IMG/VR virus record: IMGVR_UViG_3300042453_005121
Location: 32,001 to 96,000 of that record
DNA from: a virus
Strand: one strand, 5' to 3'
DNA: 64,000 bases
Under the pieces are notes generated by a model. It ran no database searches. It was not told where the DNA came from and saw only the letters and a program-made list of their open reading frames with translations. Of this stretch, positions 7,108 to 17,029 are shown piece by piece. Made by a program: the position numbers and the translations under genes. Position 1 is the stretch's first letter, and each line of letters opens with the position of its first letter.

Positions 7108-9426
7108 CATCGGCGTTTTTTTGAGGTGATCGCAAACGAACTTGAGCCCGTCGTTCAGCCACTGCCAAGTCGTAGAGGTACTTATTTCTCCTCCTCCCTG
7201 ATCTGGATTGCCCGGTCCGTACATCTTCGTCGTGATGGACTTTATGATGTCGTGCATTTGTTTCAAACTGACCTCTCTGTCGCTGATTGAACTGAGGTAT
7301 TGAAAGCACTTGTCGCCTCTGTTCCTTGTTGACATCCCAAAGAACCTTTCCAATGACTCATCGCTTATTTCTCCGGAATTCATGATGGCAGTTCCAGTGT
7401 TTGCGTCGTATGGAAGTTGCAGCTTCACGCAAACTGCCAAGGCCTGCCACAATGGTGCTGGCCTGCCTCCTGGTCCTGGTTTTTTTCTCATCCCCATTTG
7501 AGAGCCCTTAGCATTCAAGGCTCTGATTGCGTCGTAGATATATCTCATCATCTGCCTTTTTCTTTCCTTGTCCAACGCTATGGCCGTGGGTGTCGTGCTC
7601 GTGCTCGCTCCCGAGAAAATTCCTGGTCTTTCCTGGACATCGTCGTCTGACCTGGCCTTGGCCAGCGCGTCCAATCCCTGACTGAGGTCGTCCCCGCCGG
7701 ATTCCTTGTCGCCGGACTGACCTGCGAACAAAAGTTTGGCTCGACCCTTGCTGGCGTAGTGGTCCCTGTACGTCTCGAGGGTTTGGATTATGTCATTCGG
7801 ATTTAACGTTATACCTATCTGGGGAGCGGCCTTGATCACGACCTGCTTCATGAGTTCAAGTCTGTATTTGTCTTCTCCGGAGGCCGTGATGCCTTCCTCT
7901 GTGCCCTTGCGCACCGCGTCCAGATATTTCATATGAAATCTGAGCGACGAGTACGGGTCGGCGATCATGCGCTTCAATTCATTCTCGTCAACCTTCATCA
8001 TTTCGGCCACTTCAGACTCGGGTCGTCCTCTTTCCAACATTGATTTGGCGTAGAGTGCTCGCTTGGCCGCGTTTATGTCCTTGTTCATCCTGCTGTTGAC
8101 TTCGTTTCTTCGATTGACTTCGTCCCTTCTGTGAGCGGTGGGAGATCTTAGTTCTTGGGCGGCCGTTCTTGCGAGGCCGAATATTCTTTGTCTCCAAGAC
8201 TTGAGCATGGATTCCGAGTCATCGTCTATAGCCCCCCATGATTTGGCCTTGCCTTCCAGCGTCACCTTTCTTCCGGCGAGCATCTGCAGCATTCGGGTCG
8301 TGAATTCATTCGCGACTTCCTCGGGATCGGAGAAATACATGTGTCCTTGCACTCCCTTCTTGGCTCCCCTGAAGGAAGAGGTGTTATTCGCAACCACGCT
8401 GCGGAAGGCTCCTCTGAAGGTGTCCGGTGCTGATTCTTCCAGGCCAGATAAATCCTTTATCAGTTTTTCCTTGGCAGAATCCACCTTTTCGGAGGGTCTC
8501 ATCTTGGTTCTTCCCCAACGATCAACAATTGCATTGCCTTCTTTGTCCGTTACGGGCACGATTAGATCGGCGGATTTTATGTCGGATGGAATGTCGTTGT
8601 CTTGCTCTTTCAGAGCGTTGTTGATGGCCTTTATGGTTTCCGATTCCCTTTTTTCGTCCTTCTTGATTCTTGCTAGATTTTCCGGCCTGAGGTAGCCGAG
8701 ACGGACCAATATCTCTTCCGCCTCCTCTAGTATTTTCTTCTTTTTTTCGTCGTCTTCTTCGTCGTCGTCGTACGAAAGGAAGGACTCGGAAACTGGGCTG
8801 ATCTTTTTGTAGTCGGACAAGAGTTCTTTGAGCCTATCTATTTCCCTCTTGCGGTCCATCATCGCGTGCCAACGCACCCAGAGGGCGTTGTTCTTCAGTC
8901 TCGTGGCGAATTCTCTTTGCGAATCGGACATGCGGTATTCGCCTTTCTTCTTGCGCTCCTCTTCTTCTTCCGCTGCGGCGCGGGCCTTTTCGGCATCTTC
9001 CTTTTCCTTCTGTATGGCTTCGTCGTCTATTTCGGTAGGCTTGGCATCTTCATCCCCGCCGGCGAACGGGTCGGGCATCTCCACGACCTCGGCCTTGCCG
9101 CACTTGGGACACACGTTCTGGTCGTCCTTCTCGTCAAATTTTCCGACGTAGGGGCAGTGCTCGCATTCCCTTATGTCGGCGTCCGATACTTTTTCCTGGC
9201 ACTGGGGGCATTCCAGGCCCTCCCGTTCCTTGTCCTCGAATCGTCCGTGGTAGCCGCACTTGTGGCAATCAAGTTCGTGGTCCTTGTAGTAGTTTTCACC
9301 CACGGCCTCGCAGAATTGCCTGAAAAATTCCTCAAGCACGACCTCGGCGTTCATCTGGGTCTGGACGGGCCTAATTATGTCGTTTATTACGCTCTCAATT
9401 ATCAGCCATTCCTTGAAACTGCTCAT
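7099..9426 (-). CDS. Large tagged protein with two zinc ribbons and sigma-factor-like regions 2 and 4
   Basis: MSSFKEWLIIES start with AGGAG SD; CHKC..CPQC and CEHC..CPKC; DPEEVANEFTTRM...WRQRIFGLARTAAQELR; C-terminal EISTSTTWQWLNDGLKFVCDHL. The sigma assignment is tentative. Confidence 0.6.
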   Translation of the reverse strand: MSSFKEWLIIESVINDIIRPVQTQMNAEVVLEEFFRQFCEAVGENYYKDHELDCHKCGYHGRFEDKEREGLECPQCQEKVSDADIRECEHCPYVGKFDEKDDQNVCPKCGKAEVVEMPDPFAGGDEDAKPTEIDDEAIQKEKEDAEKARAAAEEEEERKKKGEYRMSDSQREFATRLKNNALWVRWHAMMDRKREIDRLKELLSDYKKISPVSESFLSYDDDEEDDEKKKKILEEAEEILVRLGYLRPENLARIKKDEKRESETIKAINNALKEQDNDIPSDIKSADLIVPVTDKEGNAIVDRWGRTKMRPSEKVDSAKEKLIKDLSGLEESAPDTFRGAFRSVVANNTSSFRGAKKGVQGHMYFSDPEEVANEFTTRMLQMLAGRKVTLEGKAKSWGAIDDDSESMLKSWRQRIFGLARTAAQELRSPTAHRRDEVNRRNEVNSRMNKDINAAKRALYAKSMLERGRPESEVAEMMKVDENELKRMIADPYSSLRFHMKYLDAVRKGTEEGITASGEDKYRLELMKQVVIKAAPQIGITLNPNDIIQTLETYRDHYASKGRAKLLFAGQSGDKESGGDDLSQGLDALAKARSDDDVQERPGIFSGASTSTTPTAIALDKERKRQMMRYIYDAIRALNAKGSQMGMRKKPGPGGRPAPLWQALAVCVKLQLPYDANTGTAIMNSGEISDESLERFFGMSTRNRGDKCFQYLSSISDREVSLKQMHDIIKSITTKMYGPGNPDQGGGEISTSTTWQWLNDGLKFVCDHLKKTPMSL

Positions 9427-9523
9427 CAAATTAACTCCTGTATTGCGGCACAAGGCTATATATGGCGACGAAAATTATTATGCGGATGCTATATAAGACG
9501 AGGTCTCATTTTTGGAGAAAGAT

Positions 9524-9751
9524 ATGAAGTCATTTTTGAACTGGGTTAAGGAAGAGAAACTTGAGCTTCCCGTGATCGACGCGCCGGAGGCCGAGAAGAC
9601 CGTTGAAGAGAAGACCAAGAGGACGGGGCTGAGTGCGAATTATCCGCCAGCCTATGTCTCGAGTCAGTATCCTCACAAGTACTTTAATCCGAGCAAGGCG
9701 ACCGCCGACCTTGACATACAGAACATCAAGAAGAAGGACGTGAATTCCTGA
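9524..9751 (+). CDS. Small tagged hypothetical protein
   Basis: MKSFLNWVKEE; GGAG SD. Confidence 0.7.
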   Translation: MKSFLNWVKEEKLELPVIDAPEAEKTVEEKTKRTGLSANYPPAYVSSQYPHKYFNPSKATADLDIQNIKKKDVNS

Positions 9752-9752
9752 T

Positions 9753-9992
9753 ATGGGGTGCGGGTGCGGCGGAGGAAGGAGGAACGTAGGATCTAGGGCT
9801 GCATCTGCTCAGCCGCAGCCGCAGACCCAGCCCGGATCGACCAGGGTCGTTCAGAACCAGGCCGCTAGGCAGGCCCTCGTGCAACAGGCCAAGGAAAGGC
9901 TCATGCAGAATGCACCGCAGAATAACAATGAGGCCGAACGGAAGCGCAGGATTCAGGTCTCGCTCAGAAAAAGAAACCAGGGAAAGAGTTAA
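9753..9992 (+). CDS. Small basic protein with MGCGCG N-terminus
   Basis: Coupled to previous gene; Arg/Gln-rich. Confidence 0.65.
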   Translation: MGCGCGGGRRNVGSRAASAQPQPQTQPGSTRVVQNQAARQALVQQAKERLMQNAPQNNNEAERKRRIQVSLRKRNQGKS

Positions 9993-10720
9993 AAGTTTTC
10001 CAGGTTCACTCTGGAAAGTTCCGTGGGAATGGACGTATCGGGAACGACTCCGCTGTTTATGATGATGTCTCCCATCGATATGGTCGCCGAAATTCCCTCG
10101 TCGTGCCATGTTATTCTGATTTTAGACGGAAGCGTGAATTCCCGATGTTTTTGGAATTCCTCTACCTTCATCGTCGCCACGAGTTTGTTTCCGACGCGAA
10201 ATTGCTGACGAACGATAAGCCCGTTGTGCAGTTCAATCTCGCGATTGAATCCGTCCTCTTCGGTCGCAATCCTGCGTCCGTCCGGCGTGTCTATCACCGT
10301 TGATTTCTCAATCTCGTCCACACAGAACATCGCGGCCGCCAAGCAAGGATGAAATGCAGGCTTGAGTCTGGTTTCATTTATCCTGCTCCGGTCGCAGTAA
10401 TAGACGGAACTTCGGTCAAACGAACGACACCAGAACCAGAATGTGTTCCGGTCGGCCGCCGCCTTCATCTCGGTTCTGCCCCCGAGGCTTGAATCCAAGC
10501 GGATCGCCGTCTTCTTCTTGTATTCCACGCTTGTTTTCAAAGGTCCGTGGACCACGTTCGGGGCACGAAGGTCCTTTATGTCCGAAACCATGGAATTAAA
10601 ACGGTCCATTTCGGACGAAATGTCGCCGACTTGAGGTTCCGGAGACCCCGTATTAAGGAATAAGGCCACGACGGTCAGAAGCAGCAGGAACAGAGACAAT
10701 ATCCGATAAAATTGATTCAC
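9989..10720 (-). CDS. Membrane-anchored/exported hypothetical protein
   Basis: N-terminal hydrophobic helix; GTG start with TATATA 6 nt upstream. Confidence 0.6.
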   Translation of the reverse strand: MNQFYRILSLFLLLLTVVALFLNTGSPEPQVGDISSEMDRFNSMVSDIKDLRAPNVVHGPLKTSVEYKKKTAIRLDSSLGGRTEMKAAADRNTFWFWCRSFDRSSVYYCDRSRINETRLKPAFHPCLAAAMFCVDEIEKSTVIDTPDGRRIATEEDGFNREIELHNGLIVRQQFRVGNKLVATMKVEEFQKHREFTLPSKIRITWHDEGISATISMGDIIINSGVVPDTSIPTELSRVNLENF

Positions 10721-10764
10721 GCTTCATATATATCTGGTCATCTTAACAAACAACGGAGTTGTCC

Positions 10765-12051
<1,287 letters not shown>

Positions 12052-12056
12052 ATCAA

Positions 12057-12209
12057 ATGATTAAGGAACAAGTCCTCATACTCAAAGTCCTCTACGACGA
12101 CGATAAGGACAAGGCTCCACACACATGGAATTGGACCGAGATCGTTGATAAAGACTACGAGATTGAGGTCATGAACCACGGTGTAGCCGAGCCTTCAAAA
12201 TCAAATTGA
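12057..12209 (+). CDS. Small hypothetical protein (50 aa, not in ORF track)
   Basis: MIKEQVLILKVLYDDDKDKAPHTWNW...; fills the gap co-directionally. Confidence 0.55.
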   Translation: MIKEQVLILKVLYDDDKDKAPHTWNWTEIVDKDYEIEVMNHGVAEPSKSN

Positions 12210-12255
12210 ACATCTGAACTGATATATAAGATGGGTAAGCAACAAGGAGGTTGTG

Positions 12256-12726
12256 ATGTTCAAGGAGTATGCCAATCCGGTGGGAGAACCGCACAGGATT
12301 GAGGAGGTAGAGAACAAGGTTCAATTCTATTGCCGTCTTTGGGACTCAAGAAAAGACCACAAGTCAATGTGGCTTCCCAAGGTGAGCATGTCGGCCGTGA
12401 CCAACTTCCTGCTCATGGCCCTTGATGATTTCGTGGTCGCCGTGAGCGCGGTGGTCATATCGGGGCCTGACAAGAAGGCGACGGTACTGGACGCCATAAG
12501 CAGGCTTTACGACTACACGGTGGCCGAGGCGATTCCAATCTGGCTTAAGCCTTTCGCTGCTCCTCTAAAGAATTACATAGTCTACGTCCTCGTCTCAAAC
12601 GCCATTGACTGGATGGTGGCCAAGTACAGGAACGGCAGTTGGAAATATGGCCAGAGTGCCATGGAGAGGGTTCTCATGCTCGCAGACTTGAGGATGTCCG
12701 TTTGCAATGCAAGGAGGCAAAAATGA
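12256..12726 (+). CDS. Hypothetical protein
   Basis: AAGGAGG SD, TATATA upstream, coupled to the protease gene. Confidence 0.7.
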   Translation: MFKEYANPVGEPHRIEEVENKVQFYCRLWDSRKDHKSMWLPKVSMSAVTNFLLMALDDFVVAVSAVVISGPDKKATVLDAISRLYDYTVAEAIPIWLKPFAAPLKNYIVYVLVSNAIDWMVAKYRNGSWKYGQSAMERVLMLADLRMSVCNARRQK

Positions 12727-13664
12727 AGAAAATAAACAAGAGATGCAGTCTTTTCCCGTATGAAAGGGAAGAAGTCCTGTCCATACAGGACGCCATTCAA
12801 AAATACGGCTGGAGCATAAACGCGTTTGATCTTCCGGGCGCGTGGAGTAAAAGCAAGGGCGAGGGAGTCAGGGTCGCCGTTCTTGATACCGGCGTGGACC
12901 TTGATCATCCGGACTTGGCGAAGAACATACTTCCGGGATTCAATTTTATAGACCCGAAGAATCAGCCTTGGGACGACAATCACCATGGAACTCACGTTGC
13001 CGGGATCATAGCTGCCGCCAACAACGAGATCGGAATGGTCGGAGTCGCTCCGGAGGCGAAGATCGTTCCGGTCAAAGTCCTGAACAAGAGCGGAAGCGGA
13101 AATCTCGTGGATGTAGCCAAGGGAATCAGGTGGGCTGTGGATGAGGGGAAGGTTGATTTGATCTGCATGTCACTCGGTTCTCCCAACCCGGTTCAGGAGG
13201 TGAGAAAGGCCGTGCAGTACGCCCTGTCCAAGAAGGTCGTGTGTTTCGTCGCCGCAGGCAATTCGGGAGTGACCAAGGAAGTCTTTTATCCGGCGAATTA
13301 TCCGGAGACCATAGCGATAGGGTCCATAGATGAGAACCTGTCGAGGTCCGGCTTCAGCAACACCGGGGAGAATCTTGACTTCATGGCTCCGGGAGGAAGG
13401 ATATTCTCCACGGTGCCAGACAACTGGTACGCAGTGCTGAGCGGCACCAGCATGGCGGCTCCGTTCGCCGCCGGTGTCGCGGCCTTGGTGTTGTCCTATG
13501 TAAGGAACAACGGCAAGAACATCAAGCTTGAAACGAACACTGATTACATAGAAATGTTCAAGAAGCACACTGTGCCGGTTACGAACAAGGACCTCAAGAA
13601 CAAGCAATTCTACCAGGGATTTGGAATACTAGAGCCGAAGAAGGTTCTAGAGGCCCTCGGCTGA
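12723..13664 (+). CDS. Subtilisin-family (S8) serine protease, intracellular ISP-like
   Basis: Triad VAVLDTG / HGTHVAG / GTSMAAP; no signal peptide; N-terminal LFPY resembles the ISP LIPY motif. Confidence 0.92.
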   Translation: MKKINKRCSLFPYEREEVLSIQDAIQKYGWSINAFDLPGAWSKSKGEGVRVAVLDTGVDLDHPDLAKNILPGFNFIDPKNQPWDDNHHGTHVAGIIAAANNEIGMVGVAPEAKIVPVKVLNKSGSGNLVDVAKGIRWAVDEGKVDLICMSLGSPNPVQEVRKAVQYALSKKVVCFVAAGNSGVTKEVFYPANYPETIAIGSIDENLSRSGFSNTGENLDFMAPGGRIFSTVPDNWYAVLSGTSMAAPFAAGVAALVLSYVRNNGKNIKLETNTDYIEMFKKHTVPVTNKDLKNKQFYQGFGILEPKKVLEALG

Positions 13665-14207
13665 TTCGGCTTCCCTGTATATGAAGATGAGATCGGCGAG
13701 CTCTTGTCGCAAGACAAGGGCTCGTTCTCCATTTGCTTCGTGGTATTCCGACAACTTGACCATGAACGAATCCAATAATGATTTGAATTTGGCGGCGGTT
13801 TTATAGTCCTCGTTCTTTTTCGCAATCTTCATCTTCTGACTGAGTTCGGTGGCAAAAGAGACCGGGTCGGCTTGGTCGGCCTGTTGTCTGCGCCACGACT
13901 CGGGTGACCGTCCAGTGTGAGATTCCGTGGTGGCCTGAACTGACGAGATAATGTACTGCATGGAGTGCTTGAAGTTGTCGTAGCAATTAGCACAACCGAC
14001 CCTGCTGTCCTTGACTATTTCTCCTAGAGTCTTGTTGCACGTGGAGCATTTGCTTTCTTCTTGTATTATTTCCACGTTGGTCTTAGAGGCATTGAGATAA
14101 AGGCAGTCCTCGCAGACCTGAGAGGTGTTTAGTTTGTCGCCGTGCTTCTCGGTTATATAGAAGCCTTTATACTTTGAACAGGGCTTGCCACTGATTGGGC
14201 AGTTCAT
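13647..14207 (-). CDS. mcsA: McsA-like protein (CxxC motifs plus UVR domain)
   Basis: CEDC, CSTC..RVGCANCYDNF, HTGRSP, KNEDYKTAAKFK UVR-like helix. Confidence 0.75.
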   Translation of the reverse strand: MNCPISGKPCSKYKGFYITEKHGDKLNTSQVCEDCLYLNASKTNVEIIQEESKCSTCNKTLGEIVKDSRVGCANCYDNFKHSMQYIISSVQATTESHTGRSPESWRRQQADQADPVSFATELSQKMKIAKKNEDYKTAAKFKSLLDSFMVKLSEYHEANGERALVLRQELADLIFIYREAESAEGL

Positions 14208-14704
14208 ATGAATGGTTTTCCGGTTATCTTTAGGACGAAATTGTCCAGTTCTTTGAAATCTGTCTCGGGCGAGGTCGTCCTTCTTATCCACACCGGAACG
14301 ATTGATTCGGGGCCGACGTCGCCCAAGATTATTCTTGAGCCGGAACTGGTCTCTTCAAATGTGACGTCATAAGGAGCCAGTGTGTCAACCGCGATGGACG
14401 GAGCCGTGGTGTCCACGGGGGTGGGCGAGGTTCCTATCTCTATGGTTGAGCCACCGGAAGACTGCGAGTAGACGTATATTCCGGCGTCGTACAGCGAGTC
14501 GGACACGCTTATGTTTTTGATGTACACGCACCTGTAGTCGGTGCGACCCGACGAGGCCTGCTCGGTAGTGATATCAGAAAAGATGTTGTTCAGCGTCCCT
14601 AGGACGGGAGTATTTGATATTTCTCCTCCCAAGGAAAGATTCGGATTTGAATTGCTTGAACCACCCGAAAGAAAAAATTGTATTTGGTTTGACGTTATTG
14701 TCAT
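14204..14704 (-). CDS. Probable virion structural (tail-associated) protein
   Basis: SNPNLSLGG, GRTDYRCVYIKN, VWIRR; Ser/Thr-rich; TAGATA-N5-ATG. Confidence 0.6.
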   Translation of the reverse strand: MTITSNQIQFFLSGGSSNSNPNLSLGGEISNTPVLGTLNNIFSDITTEQASSGRTDYRCVYIKNISVSDSLYDAGIYVYSQSSGGSTIEIGTSPTPVDTTAPSIAVDTLAPYDVTFEETSSGSRIILGDVGPESIVPVWIRRTTSPETDFKELDNFVLKITGKPFI

Positions 14705-14773
14705 GTTGGTATCTATTGATCTGCTTGATTTTTGGACAAAATGGAATAAACTACGGCGACACGAGGCCAAGCC

Positions 14774-15748
14774 ATGGAATTCACATTTGGAACGGACCCT
14801 GAGTTTATCCTTTCCGACGAAAAAGGCAAGTTGAAAAGTGCTATAGGCGTGGTGCCAGGTGACAAAAACAATAAATTTGAATGCGACGGCGATTTATTCT
14901 TTCATGACAATGTGCTGGCGGAGTGCGTGGTCCGGCCGGGATCTGATCCGGGAGAGTTGGTGTGCAACCTCGGGGATTCGCTCCGTTCCTTGGCAAAAAT
15001 CGTCGCTCCTCTGAAAATAACGAACCTTGCCGCCGGTAATTTTGAAGAAGACGAGATGAGGGACGAAGAGGCGAGGAAGGCGGGGTGCGCCGTGGAAATG
15101 TGTGCTTACGAAATGAGGACAATACCCCCCGGAAAGATAAAGAAACTCTTCAAGAAGGAGAATTTCAGGACTGCTGGTGGTCATGTCCACTTGGGGACCG
15201 GACTCGGAAAGGATCACGAGAAGTGTTTGATGCTGGTCCGGATGCTTGATCTTTTCCTTGGGGTGCCGATGCTCGTGATTGACGATTCCCCCATGACGAT
15301 TGAAAGAAGAAAAATCTATGGACGGGCCGGAAGATACAGGCAGCCGGACCACGGGATTGAATATAGAACGCCCGGCAATTTCTGGATTTCAAGCCCCAGA
15401 ATAGTGTGTCTTTTCTTTGAAATATGCAGAGAAGTAGTGAAACTTACGGAAGAGCGAGTGTATGACGACTTCTGGAAAGTGGATCACGACACTCTGAATT
15501 CCGACGATTTCTGGAACGAATGCGGCGATCCTTCAAAGTGCCACGAGTGTCACGGCTACGATGTGAAATTGTTGAGGGACGCCTTCGGCATGGAGCGGTC
15601 CGAGATGAAATCAAAGACCAAAAAAATTCTGGATGTTGTCTTCAGATATCTGCCGAAAAAAATCAGGAACGAGGTTATGAGTCTGGAGGGTTCCAAGTTT
15701 GACATCTATGAGGAATGGAATCTTACTTCGGGCCGCGCTTCATCTTGA
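14774..15748 (+). CDS. phiEco32-like COOH-NH2 ligase type 2
   Basis: FGTDPEF, DNVLAEC, RTAGGHVHLG, RRKIYGRAGRYR, GIEYRTPGNFW. Confidence 0.85.
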   Translation: MEFTFGTDPEFILSDEKGKLKSAIGVVPGDKNNKFECDGDLFFHDNVLAECVVRPGSDPGELVCNLGDSLRSLAKIVAPLKITNLAAGNFEEDEMRDEEARKAGCAVEMCAYEMRTIPPGKIKKLFKKENFRTAGGHVHLGTGLGKDHEKCLMLVRMLDLFLGVPMLVIDDSPMTIERRKIYGRAGRYRQPDHGIEYRTPGNFWISSPRIVCLFFEICREVVKLTEERVYDDFWKVDHDTLNSDDFWNECGDPSKCHECHGYDVKLLRDAFGMERSEMKSKTKKILDVVFRYLPKKIRNEVMSLEGSKFDIYEEWNLTSGRASS

Positions 15749-16181
15749 CCGGCTTGAGCTTCTCTTGGTGCCTGTCCGGCTCGTCCTTCAAACGGTGCAT
15801 CATGTTCATCAATTCCTTGACCATCTCAGAAGGGGTGTCGTTCTTGCACTTCTCAGACCTCTGAACGGCTATGCTCTTGCGGTCCTTGTTATAGAAGCCG
15901 TTTGATATTATGAAACAACCGCCGTCCTCCCGGCCGCTGTAACTCACCATCCCGACCCACTCGCCGTCGTCCCAGTTCCTGGACGAGGCCATGATTCTGA
16001 TGGGTCCGTTGTCAAATACCTGCTTCACGTGGTAGCCGCGTTTCTTGACGGCCGCGCTCACGTAACCGAGGGCTATGCGGGCGAAACCTTCAAGGACCTC
16101 CTTTGTCTTGGTCCTGTAGTTTACTTCCACGCTGTAGCGGTGGTCTCCCTCGTTCAGTTTCATCCAGTCGTGGAACCTCAT
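15723..16181 (-). CDS. Tagged hypothetical protein
   Basis: MRFHDWMKLNEG; TATATA-N5-ATG. Confidence 0.7.
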   Translation of the reverse strand: MRFHDWMKLNEGDHRYSVEVNYRTKTKEVLEGFARIALGYVSAAVKKRGYHVKQVFDNGPIRIMASSRNWDDGEWVGMVSYSGREDGGCFIISNGFYNKDRKSIAVQRSEKCKNDTPSEMVKELMNMMHRLKDEPDRHQEKLKPVKMKRGPK

Positions 16182-16200
16182 ACCACTATATATGAATGAA

Positions 16201-16323
16201 TCAGGCCTTCTTCACCGGCTTTTTATCGGTCTTCTTTCCGAAAATACGCTCCCAATTTCTGGCCCAGATATCTTCGTTCACCGTCTTCTTTCTGGGCGTA
16301 TCGCCCTTCCCGTTCTGGCTCAT
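16201..16323 (-). CDS. Small phage protein (40 aa, not in ORF track)
   Basis: MSQNGKGDTPRKK...ARNWERIFGKK; the GKGxxPR...NWxRIF pattern is common in large phages. Confidence 0.6.
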   Translation of the reverse strand: MSQNGKGDTPRKKTVNEDIWARNWERIFGKKTDKKPVKKA

Positions 16324-16362
16324 GCGATATTAGAGCGAACCAAAAAAAATTTAGATCGTACT

Positions 16363-16473
16363 TATATATCGCGAACAGTCCCCTTGGGGATGTCCTCCGG
16401 AGCCGCCTCGTGGCGGGCCGGATGGTGGATTTTGGTTAGACCCGAGAAGGGTCGTAATGACAAGGAGAATGAT
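16363..16473 (+). promoter_or_regulatory. Late-type promoter and structured 5' leader of hsp20
   Basis: TATATA at 16363; three hairpins (16378-16391, 16396-16422, 16439-16453); AAGGAG SD. Confidence 0.5.
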
Positions 16474-16956
16474 ATGAGCGGTTTAATTTCTAGGAACGGT
16501 TTTGCTCCTCGCAGGGTTGATCTTTTCTCTGAGGTGAGCAAAGAGTTGGACCACATGTTCAACGAGGTTTTTTCCCCGCAGTTCTTCGCGGGAAAGAAGG
16601 GTCGGGGTTACCCATTGCTGGACGCCGTGAGATCCAACAATTCATTGACCCTGCAGTACACTGTCCCGGGCGTGAAATTGGAAGACATGGACGTGGAGGT
16701 GACTCGGGACGACCAAGGAAGACTATTGACCGTGTCCGGCAGGCTATCGCAGGATTACCTGCACAGCGAGGGCGACTACCACATCAGGGAGTTGTCCAGC
16801 AAGGAGTTCCGCAGGGTGATACGGCTTCCCGAGGACATAACCGAGGAAGAGCCGGAGGCAGTGCTCAGGGACGGGGTCTTGAAGTTGACCTTCAAGACCA
16901 GTTCGCGGGAACAGGAACTCGTACAGACTAAGAAACTGAAGATCAAGTCAGAATGA
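16474..16956 (+). CDS. Small heat-shock protein Hsp20 (alpha-crystallin domain)
   Basis: YPLLD, VPGVKLEDMDV, FRRVIRLPE, AVLRDGVLKLTF. Confidence 0.9.
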   Translation: MSGLISRNGFAPRRVDLFSEVSKELDHMFNEVFSPQFFAGKKGRGYPLLDAVRSNNSLTLQYTVPGVKLEDMDVEVTRDDQGRLLTVSGRLSQDYLHSEGDYHIRELSSKEFRRVIRLPEDITEEEPEAVLRDGVLKLTFKTSSREQELVQTKKLKIKSE

Positions 16957-16982
16957 ATTCGGTAGATTCGCTCTTTTGAGCG

Positions 16983-17024
16983 GGCCGGGCCCACGGGTTA
17001 AACTCCCGGGGTCCGGCCTTTTTT
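16983..17024 (+). terminator. Rho-independent terminator
   Basis: GGCCGGGCCC/GGGTCCGGCC stem followed by T6. Confidence 0.75.
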
Positions 17025-17029
17025 GTATT

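Noticed and set aside
16192-16473. 94 aa N-terminal extension of Hsp20 in the ORF track
   Set aside because: A strong SD precedes ATG 16474, and the upstream region holds an opposite-strand small gene and hairpins.
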